Of a DNA stretch of 64,000 nt, positions 29,774 to 40,442 are shown in pieces. Below the pieces are notes generated by a model that saw only the letters and a program-made list of their open reading frames with translations, made no database searches and was not told where the DNA came from. The stretch's first letter is position 1, and every line of letters begins with the position of its first letter. The stretch lies in NCBI GenBank assembly GCA_047631555.1, contig JBLHZY010000002.1:353745-417744 (forward strand). The letters run 5' to 3'. Source of the DNA: Halocynthiibacter sp. (GTDB lineage: Bacteria; Pseudomonadota; Alphaproteobacteria; Rhodobacterales; Rhodobacteraceae). Both the position numbers and the translations under genes were made by a program.

Positions 29774-32041
29774 ATGAGCAGCATACCAACAAAAGAGCAG
29801 ATCCTTCAGTGGATTTCCGATAATCCAACCCAAACCGCCAAGCGCGATATCGCCAAGGCTTTTGGGATCAAAGGGGCTGCGCGCATCGATCTCAAGCGCC
29901 TGCTCAAGGAGCTTGAGGGCGAGGGCCATCTGCAAAAGCGGCGCAAAACCTATCGCGATCCGGATAAGCTTCCGCCTGTTTCTGTGTTGCAAGTTTTGGC
30001 GCCCAATAGCGACGGCGATCTCTTTGCCAAACCGCTTGAATGGGCGGGCGAAGGGCCCGAGCCGGGGATTTTACTGGTCTTGCGCAAGGCTGATCCTGCC
30101 ATTGGCGAAGGGGATCGCATTTTGGCGCGGCTGGCCGAGGTCAAAGCGCCGGATCACAGCTATGAAGGCCGGCTTATCCGCAAGATCGGGGCCAATCCGC
30201 ACAAGCTTTTGGGCGTCTTTCGCAAAGGCTCCGAAGGGGGCCGCATCATGCCGATCGATAAAGGATCGGACAAAGAATATTTGGTCAAAGCGGGCAATGA
30301 ACATGGCGCGCAGGATGGCGAGCTGGTTGAGGCCGAACTGGCCGGACCACGCAGCCGTATGGGCCTGCCGCTCGCGCGTATTGTGACCCGGCTTGGCGAT
30401 CCAAGCGGGCCGCGTGCGGTTTCCCTGATCGCGATCCATCAGCATGGCATTCCGGACGATTTTCCTGATGAGGTCATTGCGGAGGCAGACGCGGCCAAGC
30501 CAGCCGGCCTTGAAGGCCGCACGGACATGCGCGACATGCCCTTGGTCACGATTGACCCTATAGATGCGCGCGACCGTGATGACGCAATTTTGGCCGAGCG
30601 AGACACGGACCCCAAGAACAAGGGCGGCTTTGTGCTTTGGGTCGCGATTGCGGATGTGGCGCATTATGTGCGCCCCGGCTCGGCGCTTGATCGCGAGGCG
30701 TGGAACAGGGGCAATTCGAGCTATTTCCCCGACCGCGTTGTGCCGATGTTGCCGGATCGGCTTTCGGGGGATTTGTGCTCTTTGCATGAGGGCGTGCCGC
30801 GCGCCTGTTTGGCGGTTCGGATGCAGATTTCAGCCGATGGCGAGAAAATCAGCCACCGCTTTGAGCGCGGCTTGATGCGCTCGATCGCCTCGCTGAATTA
30901 CGCCGAAGTGCAGGCCGCCCAAGATGGCAGGCCCAACGAGAAATGCGCACCGATTTTGGAGCAGGTTATTGCGCCATTGTATGAAGCCTACGGGGCGCTG
31001 AAAAAGGCTCGCGAACGGCGCCAGCCGCTTGATCTTGATCTGCCCGAGCGGCGGATTGTTTTGAGCGATGATGGCAAGGTGACCTCTGTTTCACATTACG
31101 AGCGATATGACGCGCACCGCCTGATTGAGGAGTTCATGGTTCTGGCCAATGTGGCCGCTGCTGAAGAATTGTTTGAACGCCGCCGGCCTTTGCTTTTCCG
31201 CGTCCATGAAGAGCCATCTGTGGCCAAGCTGGAGGCGCTTCGCGAAGTGGCGCAAGCCTCTGGATTTGGGCTGGCCAAGGGGCACGTATTGCACACGGAG
31301 CAATTGAACCGGTTGCTCGCGCAGGCCGAGGGTACGGATTATGACGAGCTGATCAATATCTCGACTTTGCGCTCAATGACGCAGGCCTATTATCATCCAG
31401 AAAACCTTGGCCACTTTGGGCTCGCCCTGAAGGCCTATGCGCATTTTACCTCCCCGATCCGGCGCTATTCCGATCTGGTTGTGCACCGCGCTTTGATTGC
31501 TGGGCATGGCTGGGGCGATGATGGGCTGAGCGCAAAAGAGATCGAGCGTTTGCAAGAAACAGCGACGCATATTTCCGAAACCGAGCGCCGCTCAATGACG
31601 GCTGAGCGCGACACAACGGATCGCTATTTGGCGGCGTTTTTGTCGGAACGTGTGGGCGCAGAGTTCACGGGGCGAATTTCGGGCATCCAGCGGTTTGGCT
31701 GTTTTGTGAAACTCGATGAAACGGGTGCGGATGGGCTTGTGCCTGTGCGCACAATCGGGCGGGAATTCTTCCATTTTGATGCGGATGCGCAAAACTTGAT
31801 GGGGGCGGATACCGGCCTGAAAATCGAGATTGGCCAACGGGTTTTGGTGCGCCTTACAGAGGCCGTGCCTGTAACGGGCGGATTGATGCTTGAGCTGTTG
31901 GAGCTTGATGGCAAGGCGATGCCCTCTGGCGGCGGCGGGCCGCGCGGCAAGCATCGTAAAGGCGGCTTTGGGCGCAAGCCAGCAGCCAGTAAGCGCAAAT
32001 CAGATAAAATCAAAAAGAAGGTCGCGCGCAAGCGGCGCTAG
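29774..32041 (+). CDS. rnr: Ribonuclease R.
   Basis: 755 aa. It has RNB catalytic region motifs (TIDPIDARDRDDA, YFPDRVVPMLP, HFGL....YAHFTSPIRRYSDL), an S1 domain and a Lys/Arg-rich tail. Confidence 0.9.
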   Translation: MSSIPTKEQILQWISDNPTQTAKRDIAKAFGIKGAARIDLKRLLKELEGEGHLQKRRKTYRDPDKLPPVSVLQVLAPNSDGDLFAKPLEWAGEGPEPGILLVLRKADPAIGEGDRILARLAEVKAPDHSYEGRLIRKIGANPHKLLGVFRKGSEGGRIMPIDKGSDKEYLVKAGNEHGAQDGELVEAELAGPRSRMGLPLARIVTRLGDPSGPRAVSLIAIHQHGIPDDFPDEVIAEADAAKPAGLEGRTDMRDMPLVTIDPIDARDRDDAILAERDTDPKNKGGFVLWVAIADVAHYVRPGSALDREAWNRGNSSYFPDRVVPMLPDRLSGDLCSLHEGVPRACLAVRMQISADGEKISHRFERGLMRSIASLNYAEVQAAQDGRPNEKCAPILEQVIAPLYEAYGALKKARERRQPLDLDLPERRIVLSDDGKVTSVSHYERYDAHRLIEEFMVLANVAAAEELFERRRPLLFRVHEEPSVAKLEALREVAQASGFGLAKGHVLHTEQLNRLLAQAEGTDYDELINISTLRSMTQAYYHPENLGHFGLALKAYAHFTSPIRRYSDLVVHRALIAGHGWGDDGLSAKEIERLQETATHISETERRSMTAERDTTDRYLAAFLSERVGAEFTGRISGIQRFGCFVKLDETGADGLVPVRTIGREFFHFDADAQNLMGADTGLKIEIGQRVLVRLTEAVPVTGGLMLELLELDGKAMPSGGGGPRGKHRKGGFGRKPAASKRKSDKIKKKVARKRR

Positions 32042-32128
32042 GCGCTGATTTGCGCATCACATCTTCTTTTCTTTTGGGCGGCACGATTTCGCGCTAAGCT
32101 TGGCCAAACAGGCAAAAGCAGGTGGGTT

Positions 32129-33400
32129 ATGAGCAAGTTCTTTAAGGGGTTTTCGGCATTGGCAGTGAGTGCCTTGCCCCAATTGGTGATGGCGCAAGGC
32201 GGGGCGATTGAAAGCTCGCCTCGGCCCATGGCACGGCCCGATCTGGGCGTGATTGAGCAGGTTCAAACGACGGCAAATGCCGGGTTCAATCGCTGGATTG
32301 TTGGATTTCGGGCGCGCGCGCAGGCCAAGGGCATCTCTGCGCGGGTGTTGGACAATGCCTTTCGCGGCATTCGCTACAACACGGATGTGATTGCGAAAGA
32401 TCGCCACCAATCGGAATTCACCAAGCAGATTTGGGATTATCTTGATAGCGCCGCCTCGCCCACGCGGGTGAAAAACGGCCAAGAAGCGCTGCGCAAGCAT
32501 GGCCGCACGTTGGAGCAGATTGAAGCGCGTTATGGCGTTGATAAGGAGGTCGTGGCGGCCGTTTGGGGCCTTGAAAGCGCTTACGGCGAGCGGCGCGGCG
32601 AGATCCCGATTATCGAGGCTTTGGCGACGCTGGCCTATGATGGGCGGCGCGGGAAATTCTTTGAGGCGCAGCTGATTGCCGCGCTCAAGATCGTTCAATC
32701 CGGCGATGTGGCGCCGCGCGGGATGAAGGGATCATGGGCCGGGGCGATGGGGCATACGCAGTTTATCCCGACCTCCTATTTGGCCTATGCGGTTGATTTT
32801 ACCGGCGATGGGAAGCGCGATATCTGGTCGAGTGATCCGAGCGATGCTTTGGCCTCGACAGCGGCCTATTTGGCGCGTTTTGGCTGGAAAAAGGGTCAGC
32901 CTTGGGGTGTTGAAGTGCGCCTGCCGAAGGGGTTCAACTATCAGCTCGCGAGCCGCAAGATAGTGAAGGCACCGGGCGATTGGGGCGGACTTGGCGTTCG
33001 TGGAATTGATGGCAAGCCCGTGCCAAACTATGGCGGCGGCTCGATCCTTTTGCCTGCAGGTTCGCAGGGCGCAGCCTTTATGATCTTCTCGAATTTCGCA
33101 GTGATCGAAAAGTATAACAAGGCGGATGCCTATGTGATTGGCGTTGGGCATCTATCAGATCGCTTGCGCGGACGGCCTGAAATTCAGGCGAGCTGGCCGC
33201 GCGGTTATGCGCCGATTTCCTTTGAGCAAAAGAAGCAGATGCAGCGGATTTTGACGCGCAAAGGCTATCTGGATGACAAGGTCGATGGGATCATCGGCCC
33301 CAACACAATCAACGCGATCCGCGAGTATCAGCGCAGCAAAGGCGCAACGCCGGATGGCTATCCTTCGCAGGAGTTTATGAAGCTTTTGAAGGGGCGGTGA
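32129..33400 (+). CDS. Lytic murein transglycosylase (MltB_2 type) with a C-terminal peptidoglycan-binding domain.
   Basis: It has a signal peptide, then VWGLESAYG, GAMGHTQFIPTSY, and the C-terminal LTRKGYL...DGIIGPNTINAIREYQ. Confidence 0.85.
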   Translation: MSKFFKGFSALAVSALPQLVMAQGGAIESSPRPMARPDLGVIEQVQTTANAGFNRWIVGFRARAQAKGISARVLDNAFRGIRYNTDVIAKDRHQSEFTKQIWDYLDSAASPTRVKNGQEALRKHGRTLEQIEARYGVDKEVVAAVWGLESAYGERRGEIPIIEALATLAYDGRRGKFFEAQLIAALKIVQSGDVAPRGMKGSWAGAMGHTQFIPTSYLAYAVDFTGDGKRDIWSSDPSDALASTAAYLARFGWKKGQPWGVEVRLPKGFNYQLASRKIVKAPGDWGGLGVRGIDGKPVPNYGGGSILLPAGSQGAAFMIFSNFAVIEKYNKADAYVIGVGHLSDRLRGRPEIQASWPRGYAPISFEQKKQMQRILTRKGYLDDKVDGIIGPNTINAIREYQRSKGATPDGYPSQEFMKLLKGR

Positions 33401-33508
33401 GCCGGGTTGAGCGTGGTGGTTTTGGCGCGGGTTGTGCTGTGAGTATTTAGGCCAAGAAAAAGTGGGAGGTGGTGGCGAATTGGCCTGCCTCTTATCAGTT
33501 GCGGTACA

Positions 33509-33826
33509 ATGCTACGCGTAATGCGCGGTGTAACAGCGGTCTCAACCGGAGAGCGCCGTCACAAAAACCTGCAAGTGCGTGGTCGTTTGGATGGAGGCTC
33601 TGCGGGTTGCTTTACAAGTGTGTATTCTGGGTCTGGTGTCGATACCGACTTTGACATCATCATTGATGAACTGACAAAGGCTCGAGTTGGAACAGGCATT
33701 TATGTTGGTGAGATTCAATTCCAGATGTCGGCTAGTGATTACGCGGACTTGAAAGCCCAAGTTGTCGCCTTAGCTGGCACAACGGGCAAACCATATGTTT
33801 GGGAAGGTGCGGTGAGTACGCCATGA
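33509..33826 (+). CDS. Hypothetical ORF. Both coding status and start are uncertain.
   Basis: The open frame ends in an ATGA overlap with the next ORF. No in-frame start has a convincing RBS, and I recognise no family. Confidence 0.3.
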   Translation: MLRVMRGVTAVSTGERRHKNLQVRGRLDGGSAGCFTSVYSGSGVDTDFDIIIDELTKARVGTGIYVGEIQFQMSASDYADLKAQVVALAGTTGKPYVWEGAVSTP

Positions 33827-34428
33827 CACGGATAACCTCATTATTTGGCGTAGCTGGAATTGCCATTGTCGCTGGAATGGGTGGATATTGGATCGGAGCC
33901 ATAGAAGACTCTGGGATCGGATCTGTTCGCCCAGGCCTTGGGCCAAAACAACAAAGCCTCTACAACGAGATTGGGGTTTTCTCAACCGATGCAGATCTAC
34001 GCGCCTATATGAACCGTCGCTATGACTTTGATAATGGTGCCTTCCCTTTTGTGCGCCAAGCTGCACCAGACTATGACGAGCAAGAAGAACGGGATGTTCA
34101 GGCGGTGACCAAGACGCTTGGGCAATTTTCTCACGCTCAACCAGTCGCTTACACCTACTACCGACGGCTTGACGAGTTAGCGCGAGAAGGTGCCACAACC
34201 GACGAGTACATAGAGTGGCTCACTTTTGTGCTGAGGACTGGAGAAAGCGCCATGTATCTTGCCGCCCTCGATGGCGAGGAAGCTCTATATGACGCCATAC
34301 AGCGAAGCCACGATTGCGTTCTTTTCGAACTGGCTCATGATGGGGGCACAGATATTTCAAACGAGTGTTTACCAGATTTGCGCAACGCACTATCGGAAGC
34401 GCTCGGCGTCGAATTGATGCTGCGCTGA
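33823..34428 (+). CDS. Hypothetical acidic protein with a single N-terminal TM anchor.
   Basis: MTRITSLFGVAGIAIVAGMGGYWIG is followed by about 175 aa rich in D/E/Y. GGTGAG lies 6 nt upstream of the ATG. GC is lower than in the flanking genes. I recognise no family. Confidence 0.5.
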   Translation: MTRITSLFGVAGIAIVAGMGGYWIGAIEDSGIGSVRPGLGPKQQSLYNEIGVFSTDADLRAYMNRRYDFDNGAFPFVRQAAPDYDEQEERDVQAVTKTLGQFSHAQPVAYTYYRRLDELAREGATTDEYIEWLTFVLRTGESAMYLAALDGEEALYDAIQRSHDCVLFELAHDGGTDISNECLPDLRNALSEALGVELMLR

Positions 34429-34681
34429 TGATCCGCTCACTCCAAATAGTTTCGATAGAACGTGCAAAATACGCTAAAATCTGGAGATGAAACCGCTTAC
34501 GCATGAATGATCAGTTTTCCTGTTGCGCAACGGCATAGAAATTTACGTTGTTGCGGCAATTTTCACGCTGCGAGCACAAGCAGATTAAAATCAATGGGTC
34601 CGCTGTGGGCTCAAAGCCGTCGTTTGATGTGCAGCTGATCGCATCCATTTCGCCTAACGATCCCCAACACATCTGGTAAGA

Positions 34682-34710
34682 GGCAAGCCGTTGGGCCTGC
34701 CCCCTTTTTT
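34682..34710 (+). terminator. Hairpin plus T6 run, oriented for plus-strand transcripts and abutting the stop of the convergent aminotransferase.
   Basis: ggcaagcc / ggcctgcc (7 of 8 pairs, loop gttg) is followed by ccctttttt. Confidence 0.5.
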
Positions 34711-36081
34711 CTAGTCAAGAACAGACTTTACCGCCTTTGCTGTTTTCGCCACGATCTCATCTGCTTCGGCCTTTGTGAGGCAGAGGGGTGGGGCGAAGCC
34801 GAGGATATCGCCTTGGGGCATGGCGCGGGCGATCACGCCTTGTTCGAGCATTTTGGCGACGACTGCGTAGCTGACTTTGCGGTCCGAAGCGAAGGCTTCG
34901 CGGGTCTCGCGGTTTTGGGTCAGCTCGACAGCGCAGAGCATGCCTTCACCACGGATATCGCCAACATGGGCGTGCTTTCCAAGCGCGTCTTGCATGGCTT
35001 GGTTGAAGTATTTCCCAACCGTTCCTGCGTTCGAAACGAGATCGAGGCTATCGATCAGTTTGAGGTTGGCGATGCCCGCTGCCGCGCCGATTGGGTGGGC
35101 GGAGTATGTCCAGCCGTGGCCGATGGGGCCGTTTTCATCGGTGCCTTGTTCAAGCACTTTCCACATTTTATCGCTGACGATGGAGCCAGAGAGCGGCGCG
35201 TAGGCGGATGTAAGGCCTTTGGCGATGGTGATCAGGTCGGGTTTGAGGCCGTAGTGCTCTGAGCCGAACATTGTTCCCAAGCGGCCAAAGCCGGTGACGA
35301 CTTCATCTGCGATGAGAAGGATATCGTGGCGGGTGAGCACCTCTTGGATCGCTTTCCAGTAGCCTTCGGGCGGGGGCACGATGCCGCCGGTTCCAAGCAC
35401 GGGTTCGCCGATGAAGGCGGCGATGGTATCGGGGCCTTCGCGCTGGATTAGGGCTTCGAGCTCGGACGCAAGATGGGCCGAGAATTGCGCCTCGGACATA
35501 TCGGCATCTTCGCGGCGGTAGTAGTAGGGCGCATCGGTATGAACCACTTGCGACAGGGGCAGATCGAATTTGTTGTGGAACAGTTCAAGCCCGGTGAGTG
35601 AGCCCGTCATCAGGCCCGAGCCGTGATAGCCGCGCCAGCGCGAGATGATCTTTTTCTTTTGCGGGCGGCCGAGGATATTGTTGTAGTACCAAACCAGCTT
35701 GATGTTGGTCTCGTTGGCATCCGATCCGGACTGGCCGAAGTAGACTTTGGACATGTGATCCGGCGCGCGATCGAGGATCATTTTCGAGAGCGTGATCGAG
35801 GCTTCTGTGCCGTGGCCCACGTAGGAATGGTAATAGGCAAGCTCGCTGGCTTGGGCGGCAATGGCGTCGGCAATTTCGGTGCGGCCATAGCCAACATTGA
35901 CGCAATAGAGCCCGGCAAAAGCATCGAGAAAGTGGTTCCCGTCGCGGTCTTCAATATGGCAGCCTTGGCCGGTTTTGATGATCCGAGTTGGGGTTTCGCC
36001 GCGGGCGTGTTGGGCGAGATGGGTCGATGGGTGAAAGAAATTCTCGCGATCCCACTGATCGAGTTGGTCATTTTTCAGCAT
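34711..36081 (-). CDS. Class-III (omega) aminotransferase, amine:pyruvate transaminase (SpuC/DoeD)-like.
   Basis: 456 aa. Motifs: [19 protein letters not shown], the PLP-lysine region ITIAKGLTS, and DEV.TGFGR. Confidence 0.85.
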   Translation of the reverse strand: MLKNDQLDQWDRENFFHPSTHLAQHARGETPTRIIKTGQGCHIEDRDGNHFLDAFAGLYCVNVGYGRTEIADAIAAQASELAYYHSYVGHGTEASITLSKMILDRAPDHMSKVYFGQSGSDANETNIKLVWYYNNILGRPQKKKIISRWRGYHGSGLMTGSLTGLELFHNKFDLPLSQVVHTDAPYYYRREDADMSEAQFSAHLASELEALIQREGPDTIAAFIGEPVLGTGGIVPPPEGYWKAIQEVLTRHDILLIADEVVTGFGRLGTMFGSEHYGLKPDLITIAKGLTSAYAPLSGSIVSDKMWKVLEQGTDENGPIGHGWTYSAHPIGAAAGIANLKLIDSLDLVSNAGTVGKYFNQAMQDALGKHAHVGDIRGEGMLCAVELTQNRETREAFASDRKVSYAVVAKMLEQGVIARAMPQGDILGFAPPLCLTKAEADEIVAKTAKAVKSVLD

Positions 36082-36220
36082 GCTTTTGGTCCCTTTGCCT
36101 GCGGCTATGGCTCATGCATAGGGGGAAAGGCGGCCCCATTCCAGCCTTGTGATAAAAAGCAATTGCGCTTGGAAGAATTGCACTCTTAGATCGTCAAAGG
36201 ACTTTCGCTCTGGAGGCTAT

Positions 36221-37396
36221 ATGACCCCACCCTTTTCCCCGGCTGAATATGATCGCCGTTTGACCCTTGCGCGCGGCGCGATGGAAGCGGCTGGGCTTGA
36301 CGCAATCATCTGCGTGGACCCGAGCAATCAGAATTGGCTGACGGGTTATGATGGCTGGTCGTTTTATGTGCATCAGGCGGTGATCCTGATTGGCGGGGAG
36401 AAGCCGATTTGGTGGGGGCGGCGCATGGATGCGAATGGGGCTGCGCGCACCGTTGATACCGCGCGCACCGAGATCACCTTTTACACCGACGAGTATATTC
36501 AATCGACCGAGCGCCATCCGATGCAGGCCTTGGCGGGCCTGTTGGCCGAGCGGGGCATGGGGGCTGCGCGCATTGGCGTTGAGATGGAGAATTACTATTA
36601 TTCCGCGGCTGCGCATGGGGCTTTAGCGGGCGCCTTGCCGGACGCGACATTTGTCGATGCCACGGCTTTGGTCAATTGGCAGCGCGGGGTGAAATCGCCC
36701 GAGGAGATCGCCTTTATGCGCAAGGCGGCTTTGATCACCGACAAAATTCAAACGCTGGCGATTGATCTGGCCGAGCCGGGCATTCGCAAGAATGAACTGG
36801 CGGGGAAAATCTATGCAGCGGGCCTTGAGGGTATTGGCGAGGATTGGGGGGATTACCCGGCGATTGTGCCGCTTATGCCTTCGGGCGCAGATGCCTCGGC
36901 CCCGCATCTGACATGGAACGGGGATTTGCTTCGAAGCGGAGAATCGACGTTTTTTGAGCTGTCGGGCTGTTATCGCCGCTATCATGCGCCGCTGAGCCGG
37001 ACTGTGTATTTAGGCGATCCGCCGGATAGCATTGTGCGCGCGGCGGATGCACTGGTTGCCGGACTTGATGCCGGGCTTGAAGCGGCGCGGGCGGGCAATC
37101 GGGCCTGCGATATTGCCAACGCTTTGGGGGATGCTCTGGCGGCGGCTGGAGTCGCGCGCTCTGGGCGCTGCGGCTATCCGATTGGCGCAAGCTACCCGCC
37201 GGATTGGGGCGAGCGCACGGTATCGCTGCGCCCTGAGGATGAGACGATTTTGAAGCCGGGGATGACGTTCCATTTCATGCCCGGGCTTTGGCAGGATGAT
37301 TGGGGCCTTGAGATTACGGAGTCCATTTTGATCACGGATGAAGGGCCTGCGGAGACGCTCTGCAATATCGAGCGCAAGCTCTTTGTGAAGCGCTAG
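36221..37396 (+). CDS. M24 family metallohydrolase, creatinase/ectoine-hydrolase (DoeA/EutD)-like.
   Basis: The N-terminal block DPSNQNWLTGYDGWSFYVHQAVIL is as I recall for the EutD/DoeA subgroup. The C-terminal pita-bread fold carries MTFHFMPG. The start is at ATG 36221 behind GGAGG. Confidence 0.75.
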   Translation: MTPPFSPAEYDRRLTLARGAMEAAGLDAIICVDPSNQNWLTGYDGWSFYVHQAVILIGGEKPIWWGRRMDANGAARTVDTARTEITFYTDEYIQSTERHPMQALAGLLAERGMGAARIGVEMENYYYSAAAHGALAGALPDATFVDATALVNWQRGVKSPEEIAFMRKAALITDKIQTLAIDLAEPGIRKNELAGKIYAAGLEGIGEDWGDYPAIVPLMPSGADASAPHLTWNGDLLRSGESTFFELSGCYRRYHAPLSRTVYLGDPPDSIVRAADALVAGLDAGLEAARAGNRACDIANALGDALAAAGVARSGRCGYPIGASYPPDWGERTVSLRPEDETILKPGMTFHFMPGLWQDDWGLEITESILITDEGPAETLCNIERKLFVKR

Positions 37397-37398
37397 GG

Positions 37399-38568
37399 AT
37401 GGGTGATATGCATCCTCAGCTTGATGCGGCGACGGCGCTTTTGAGCGAGCTGATTGCTTTGCCGACGATCTCTTCCGACAGCAATATGGCGATGATTGCG
37501 CTGCTTTCTGAGCGGCTTGAAAGCCTTGGCGCGAAGGTCGAGGTCATGCTTGATGAGGATGGCGGCAAGGCTAATCTTTGGGCGACTGTTGGGCCAGATA
37601 TTGCCGGGGGTGTTTTGCTTTCGGGGCATACGGATGTTGTGCCGGTGTCCGAGCAGGATTGGACCAGCGATCCCTTTGTTATGGAGGCCCGTGAGGGGCG
37701 GCTATATGGGCGGGGCGCATGTGACATGAAGGGGTTTATTGCATGTGCGATTGTGATGGCGCCTGCATTGGCGGTCGCGGCAGAGGCGGCGGGCAAGCCG
37801 CTGCGGTTTTGCTTTACCCATGACGAGGAAGTTGGCTGCTTAGGGGCGCGTGCTTTGGTTGAGCAATTGCGCGGGCGCGAGGCCCTTCCGGCGATGGCGA
37901 TTATTGGAGAGCCGACGATGATGAAGGTCATCGAGGGCAATAAGGGCTGCTGCGAATACACCACGCATTTTCACGGCATGGCCGGGCATGGATCGGCCCC
38001 GGCGCAGGGGGTAAATGCGGTTGAATATGCCGGGCGCTATTTGATGCGATTGCTGGAATTGCGCAGCGCGCTTGAGGCCCGCGCGCCTGAGAACGGGCGC
38101 TTTGATCCGGCGCATAGCACGATCAATCCGGGGCGGATTTCGGGCGGCGTGGCGCATAATGTGATCCCGTCGCATGCCGAATTGGAATGGGAAATGCGCC
38201 CTGTTGTGGCCGCCGATTTGGCCTTTGTGCAGGAGGATTTGGCCGCGCTTCGCGAGAGCATGCTCAAAGAGATGCGTGCGGTTTTTCCGGGTGCGGATAT
38301 TTCAACCGAAACGATTGGCGAGGTCGTTGGGCTTGAGCCGGAAGAGCATAACGCCGCGCGTGATTTGGTGGCGATGCTCACGGGCGAGAACGCCGCGCAT
38401 GTCGTGCCGTTCAATACCGAGGCGGGGTTGTTTCAACAGATCGGGATGCAGGCGGTTTTATGTGGGCCGGGCTCGATTGATCAGGCGCATAAGCCGGATG
38501 AATATGTTGAGCTTGAGCAGATGTCGCGCTGTTTGGATATGCTTGGAAAGTTGGCGCAGCATTTATAG
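37399..38568 (+). CDS. M20 deacylase, acetylornithine deacetylase (ArgE)-like.
   Basis: Motifs [28 protein letters not shown] and [15 protein letters not shown] are present. It starts 3 nt after the M24 gene. Confidence 0.8.
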   Translation: MGDMHPQLDAATALLSELIALPTISSDSNMAMIALLSERLESLGAKVEVMLDEDGGKANLWATVGPDIAGGVLLSGHTDVVPVSEQDWTSDPFVMEAREGRLYGRGACDMKGFIACAIVMAPALAVAAEAAGKPLRFCFTHDEEVGCLGARALVEQLRGREALPAMAIIGEPTMMKVIEGNKGCCEYTTHFHGMAGHGSAPAQGVNAVEYAGRYLMRLLELRSALEARAPENGRFDPAHSTINPGRISGGVAHNVIPSHAELEWEMRPVVAADLAFVQEDLAALRESMLKEMRAVFPGADISTETIGEVVGLEPEEHNAARDLVAMLTGENAAHVVPFNTEAGLFQQIGMQAVLCGPGSIDQAHKPDEYVELEQMSRCLDMLGKLAQHL

Positions 38569-39054
38569 GCGCGCGCGGAATGTCTCGATGATTTGACGGT
38601 ATATATCGCGCTTGAAGGGCACGATGCTTTCGATCAATGCATCCGGCGCGAGCCAACTCCATTCGGCGAATTCGGGATGCTCAGTGGCGATGTTGATCTG
38701 ATCATCGCGGCCCTCAAAGCGCATCAAAAACCAAAGCTGTTTTTGGCCCCGATAGCGGCCTTTCCAGACGCGGCCCAAAAGCTCGGGCGGCAGGTCATAG
38801 GTCAACCAATCTTCGGTTTGCGCCTCGATAACAGCAAGCGCAGGATCGACGCCGGTTTCTTCCCACAACTCGCGCAGGGCGGCCTCGCGCGGCTCTTCGC
38901 CCTTATCGATCCCGCCTTGGGGCATTTGCCACGCATCAGGGGTATCAATTCGCGTTCCGGCAAAAATCAGCCCGTCCTTATTGGCCAGCATCACACCGAC
39001 GCAGGGGCGGTATGGCAGGGCCTCAATCTGGGCGGGAGTTAGGGGGCTCGTCAT
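38563..39054 (-). CDS. rppH: RNA pyrophosphohydrolase (Nudix).
   Basis: It has [18 protein letters not shown] and the Nudix box ([12 protein letters not shown]). Confidence 0.85.
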   Translation of the reverse strand: MTSPLTPAQIEALPYRPCVGVMLANKDGLIFAGTRIDTPDAWQMPQGGIDKGEEPREAALRELWEETGVDPALAVIEAQTEDWLTYDLPPELLGRVWKGRYRGQKQLWFLMRFEGRDDQINIATEHPEFAEWSWLAPDALIESIVPFKRDIYRQIIETFRARL

Positions 39055-39101
39055 TGGATTGGGCGGGGCCGCGCGAAATTTGCGCAGCCCCAGGTCCTTG
39101 A

Positions 39102-40436
39102 TTATTTCGCTTCAATGGCCGAGAGGCCACGCAGCAGATCGATCGCATAGGACAGTTGGAAATCCTCATCGCGCAGTTTGGCGGCTTCTTCTGCGATGGT
39201 GCGCTCGGCTTCGATTTGGTTGCGCTCGTCTTCGGTCAGGCTGTCGTTATTGAGCGAGCCGCGAAGATCAGCTTCGGAGCGGAAACGGGGCGCTTTTGTC
39301 TCGCCGTCGTCTTCAACTTCTGGGCGGCGCGGCGGTTGCGTTACCACGATATCGGGGGAGACACCGAGCGCTTGGATCGAGCGGCCAGATGGCGTGTAAT
39401 AGCGCGCAGTCGTGAGGCGCATCGCCCCGTTTGAGCTGAGCGGCATCACCGTTTGCACGGAGCCTTTGCCGAAGCTTTTGGTGCCAACAACAATGGCGCG
39501 GCGGTGATCTTGAAGCGCGCCTGCGACGATCTCGGAGGCCGAGGCAGAGCCGCCGTTGATCAGCACAACGATGGGTTTGCCCTCGGCCAGATCACCTTCA
39601 TTTGCGTTGACCCGCTCGCCGTTGCCCGCATCGCGGCCGCGGGTCGAGACGATCTCGCCGGCATTCAGGAACGCATCCGAAACGGCGATGGCTTGGTTGA
39701 GCAAGCCGCCGGGATTGTTGCGCAGATCAACGATGATCCCGTTGACCTTATCCATGCCGCCAAGCTCTTCAACCGAGGATTTCAATCCATCGGCGAGGTT
39801 GGGGTAGGTTTGATCGTTGAAGGTTGAGATGCGCAACACAACGCTGTCGCCCTCAACGCGGCTGCGCACAGCCGTGAGTTTGATCGTGTCGCGGATAATC
39901 GAGATATCAAACGGCTCGTCTGTGCCTTCACGCACCACGGTGATGATGATCTCAGAGCCGACCGGCCCGCGCATCATCGCAACAGTTTCATCCAGCGTCA
40001 GGCCGAGCAGATTTTCGCCATCAACATGAGTGATGAAATCTCCAGCTTCTACGCCCGCTTGATCCGCTGGCGTGCCATCCATTGGCGAGACGACTTTGAC
40101 GAAGCCCTCTTCTTGGGTCACTTCAATGCCAAGCCCGCCGAATTCGCCGCGGGTCTGAACCTGCATTGCGGCGGCATCCGCTGGCGAGAGGTAGCTGGAA
40201 TGGGGATCAAGCGAGGTCAGCATGCCATCAATGGCCGCTTCAATCAGTTCTTCCTCGTTTACCTCTTCGACGTATTGCGAGCGGATCCGCTCAAAGATAT
40301 CGCCAAACAGATCAAGCTGTTCATAAACATTCACAGTGCTCGCTTTTTCCTCTGCAAGCAGTGGCCCGGCAAATTGCGTGGTGGCGATTGCGCCTGCAAG
40401 CGTGCCGCCAAGCGCGGCCATAACAAACTTTTTCAT
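39102..40436 (-). CDS. ctpA: S41 carboxy-terminal processing peptidase.
   Basis: It has a PDZ region (FGGLGIEV), [10 protein letters not shown] and [15 protein letters not shown]...[11 protein letters not shown]. Confidence 0.9.
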   Translation of the reverse strand: MKKFVMAALGGTLAGAIATTQFAGPLLAEEKASTVNVYEQLDLFGDIFERIRSQYVEEVNEEELIEAAIDGMLTSLDPHSSYLSPADAAAMQVQTRGEFGGLGIEVTQEEGFVKVVSPMDGTPADQAGVEAGDFITHVDGENLLGLTLDETVAMMRGPVGSEIIITVVREGTDEPFDISIIRDTIKLTAVRSRVEGDSVVLRISTFNDQTYPNLADGLKSSVEELGGMDKVNGIIVDLRNNPGGLLNQAIAVSDAFLNAGEIVSTRGRDAGNGERVNANEGDLAEGKPIVVLINGGSASASEIVAGALQDHRRAIVVGTKSFGKGSVQTVMPLSSNGAMRLTTARYYTPSGRSIQALGVSPDIVVTQPPRRPEVEDDGETKAPRFRSEADLRGSLNNDSLTEDERNQIEAERTIAEEAAKLRDEDFQLSYAIDLLRGLSAIEAK

Positions 40437-40442
40437 TCCGTC

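Noticed and set aside
33480-34701. A 10-11-nt direct repeat (TTGGCCTGCC / TTGGGCCTGCC) flanking the 33.4-34.7 kb island, considered as att-like target duplications.
   Set aside because: It is too short and imperfect to distinguish from chance. The right copy is part of a terminator stem. No integrase or mobility gene is present.
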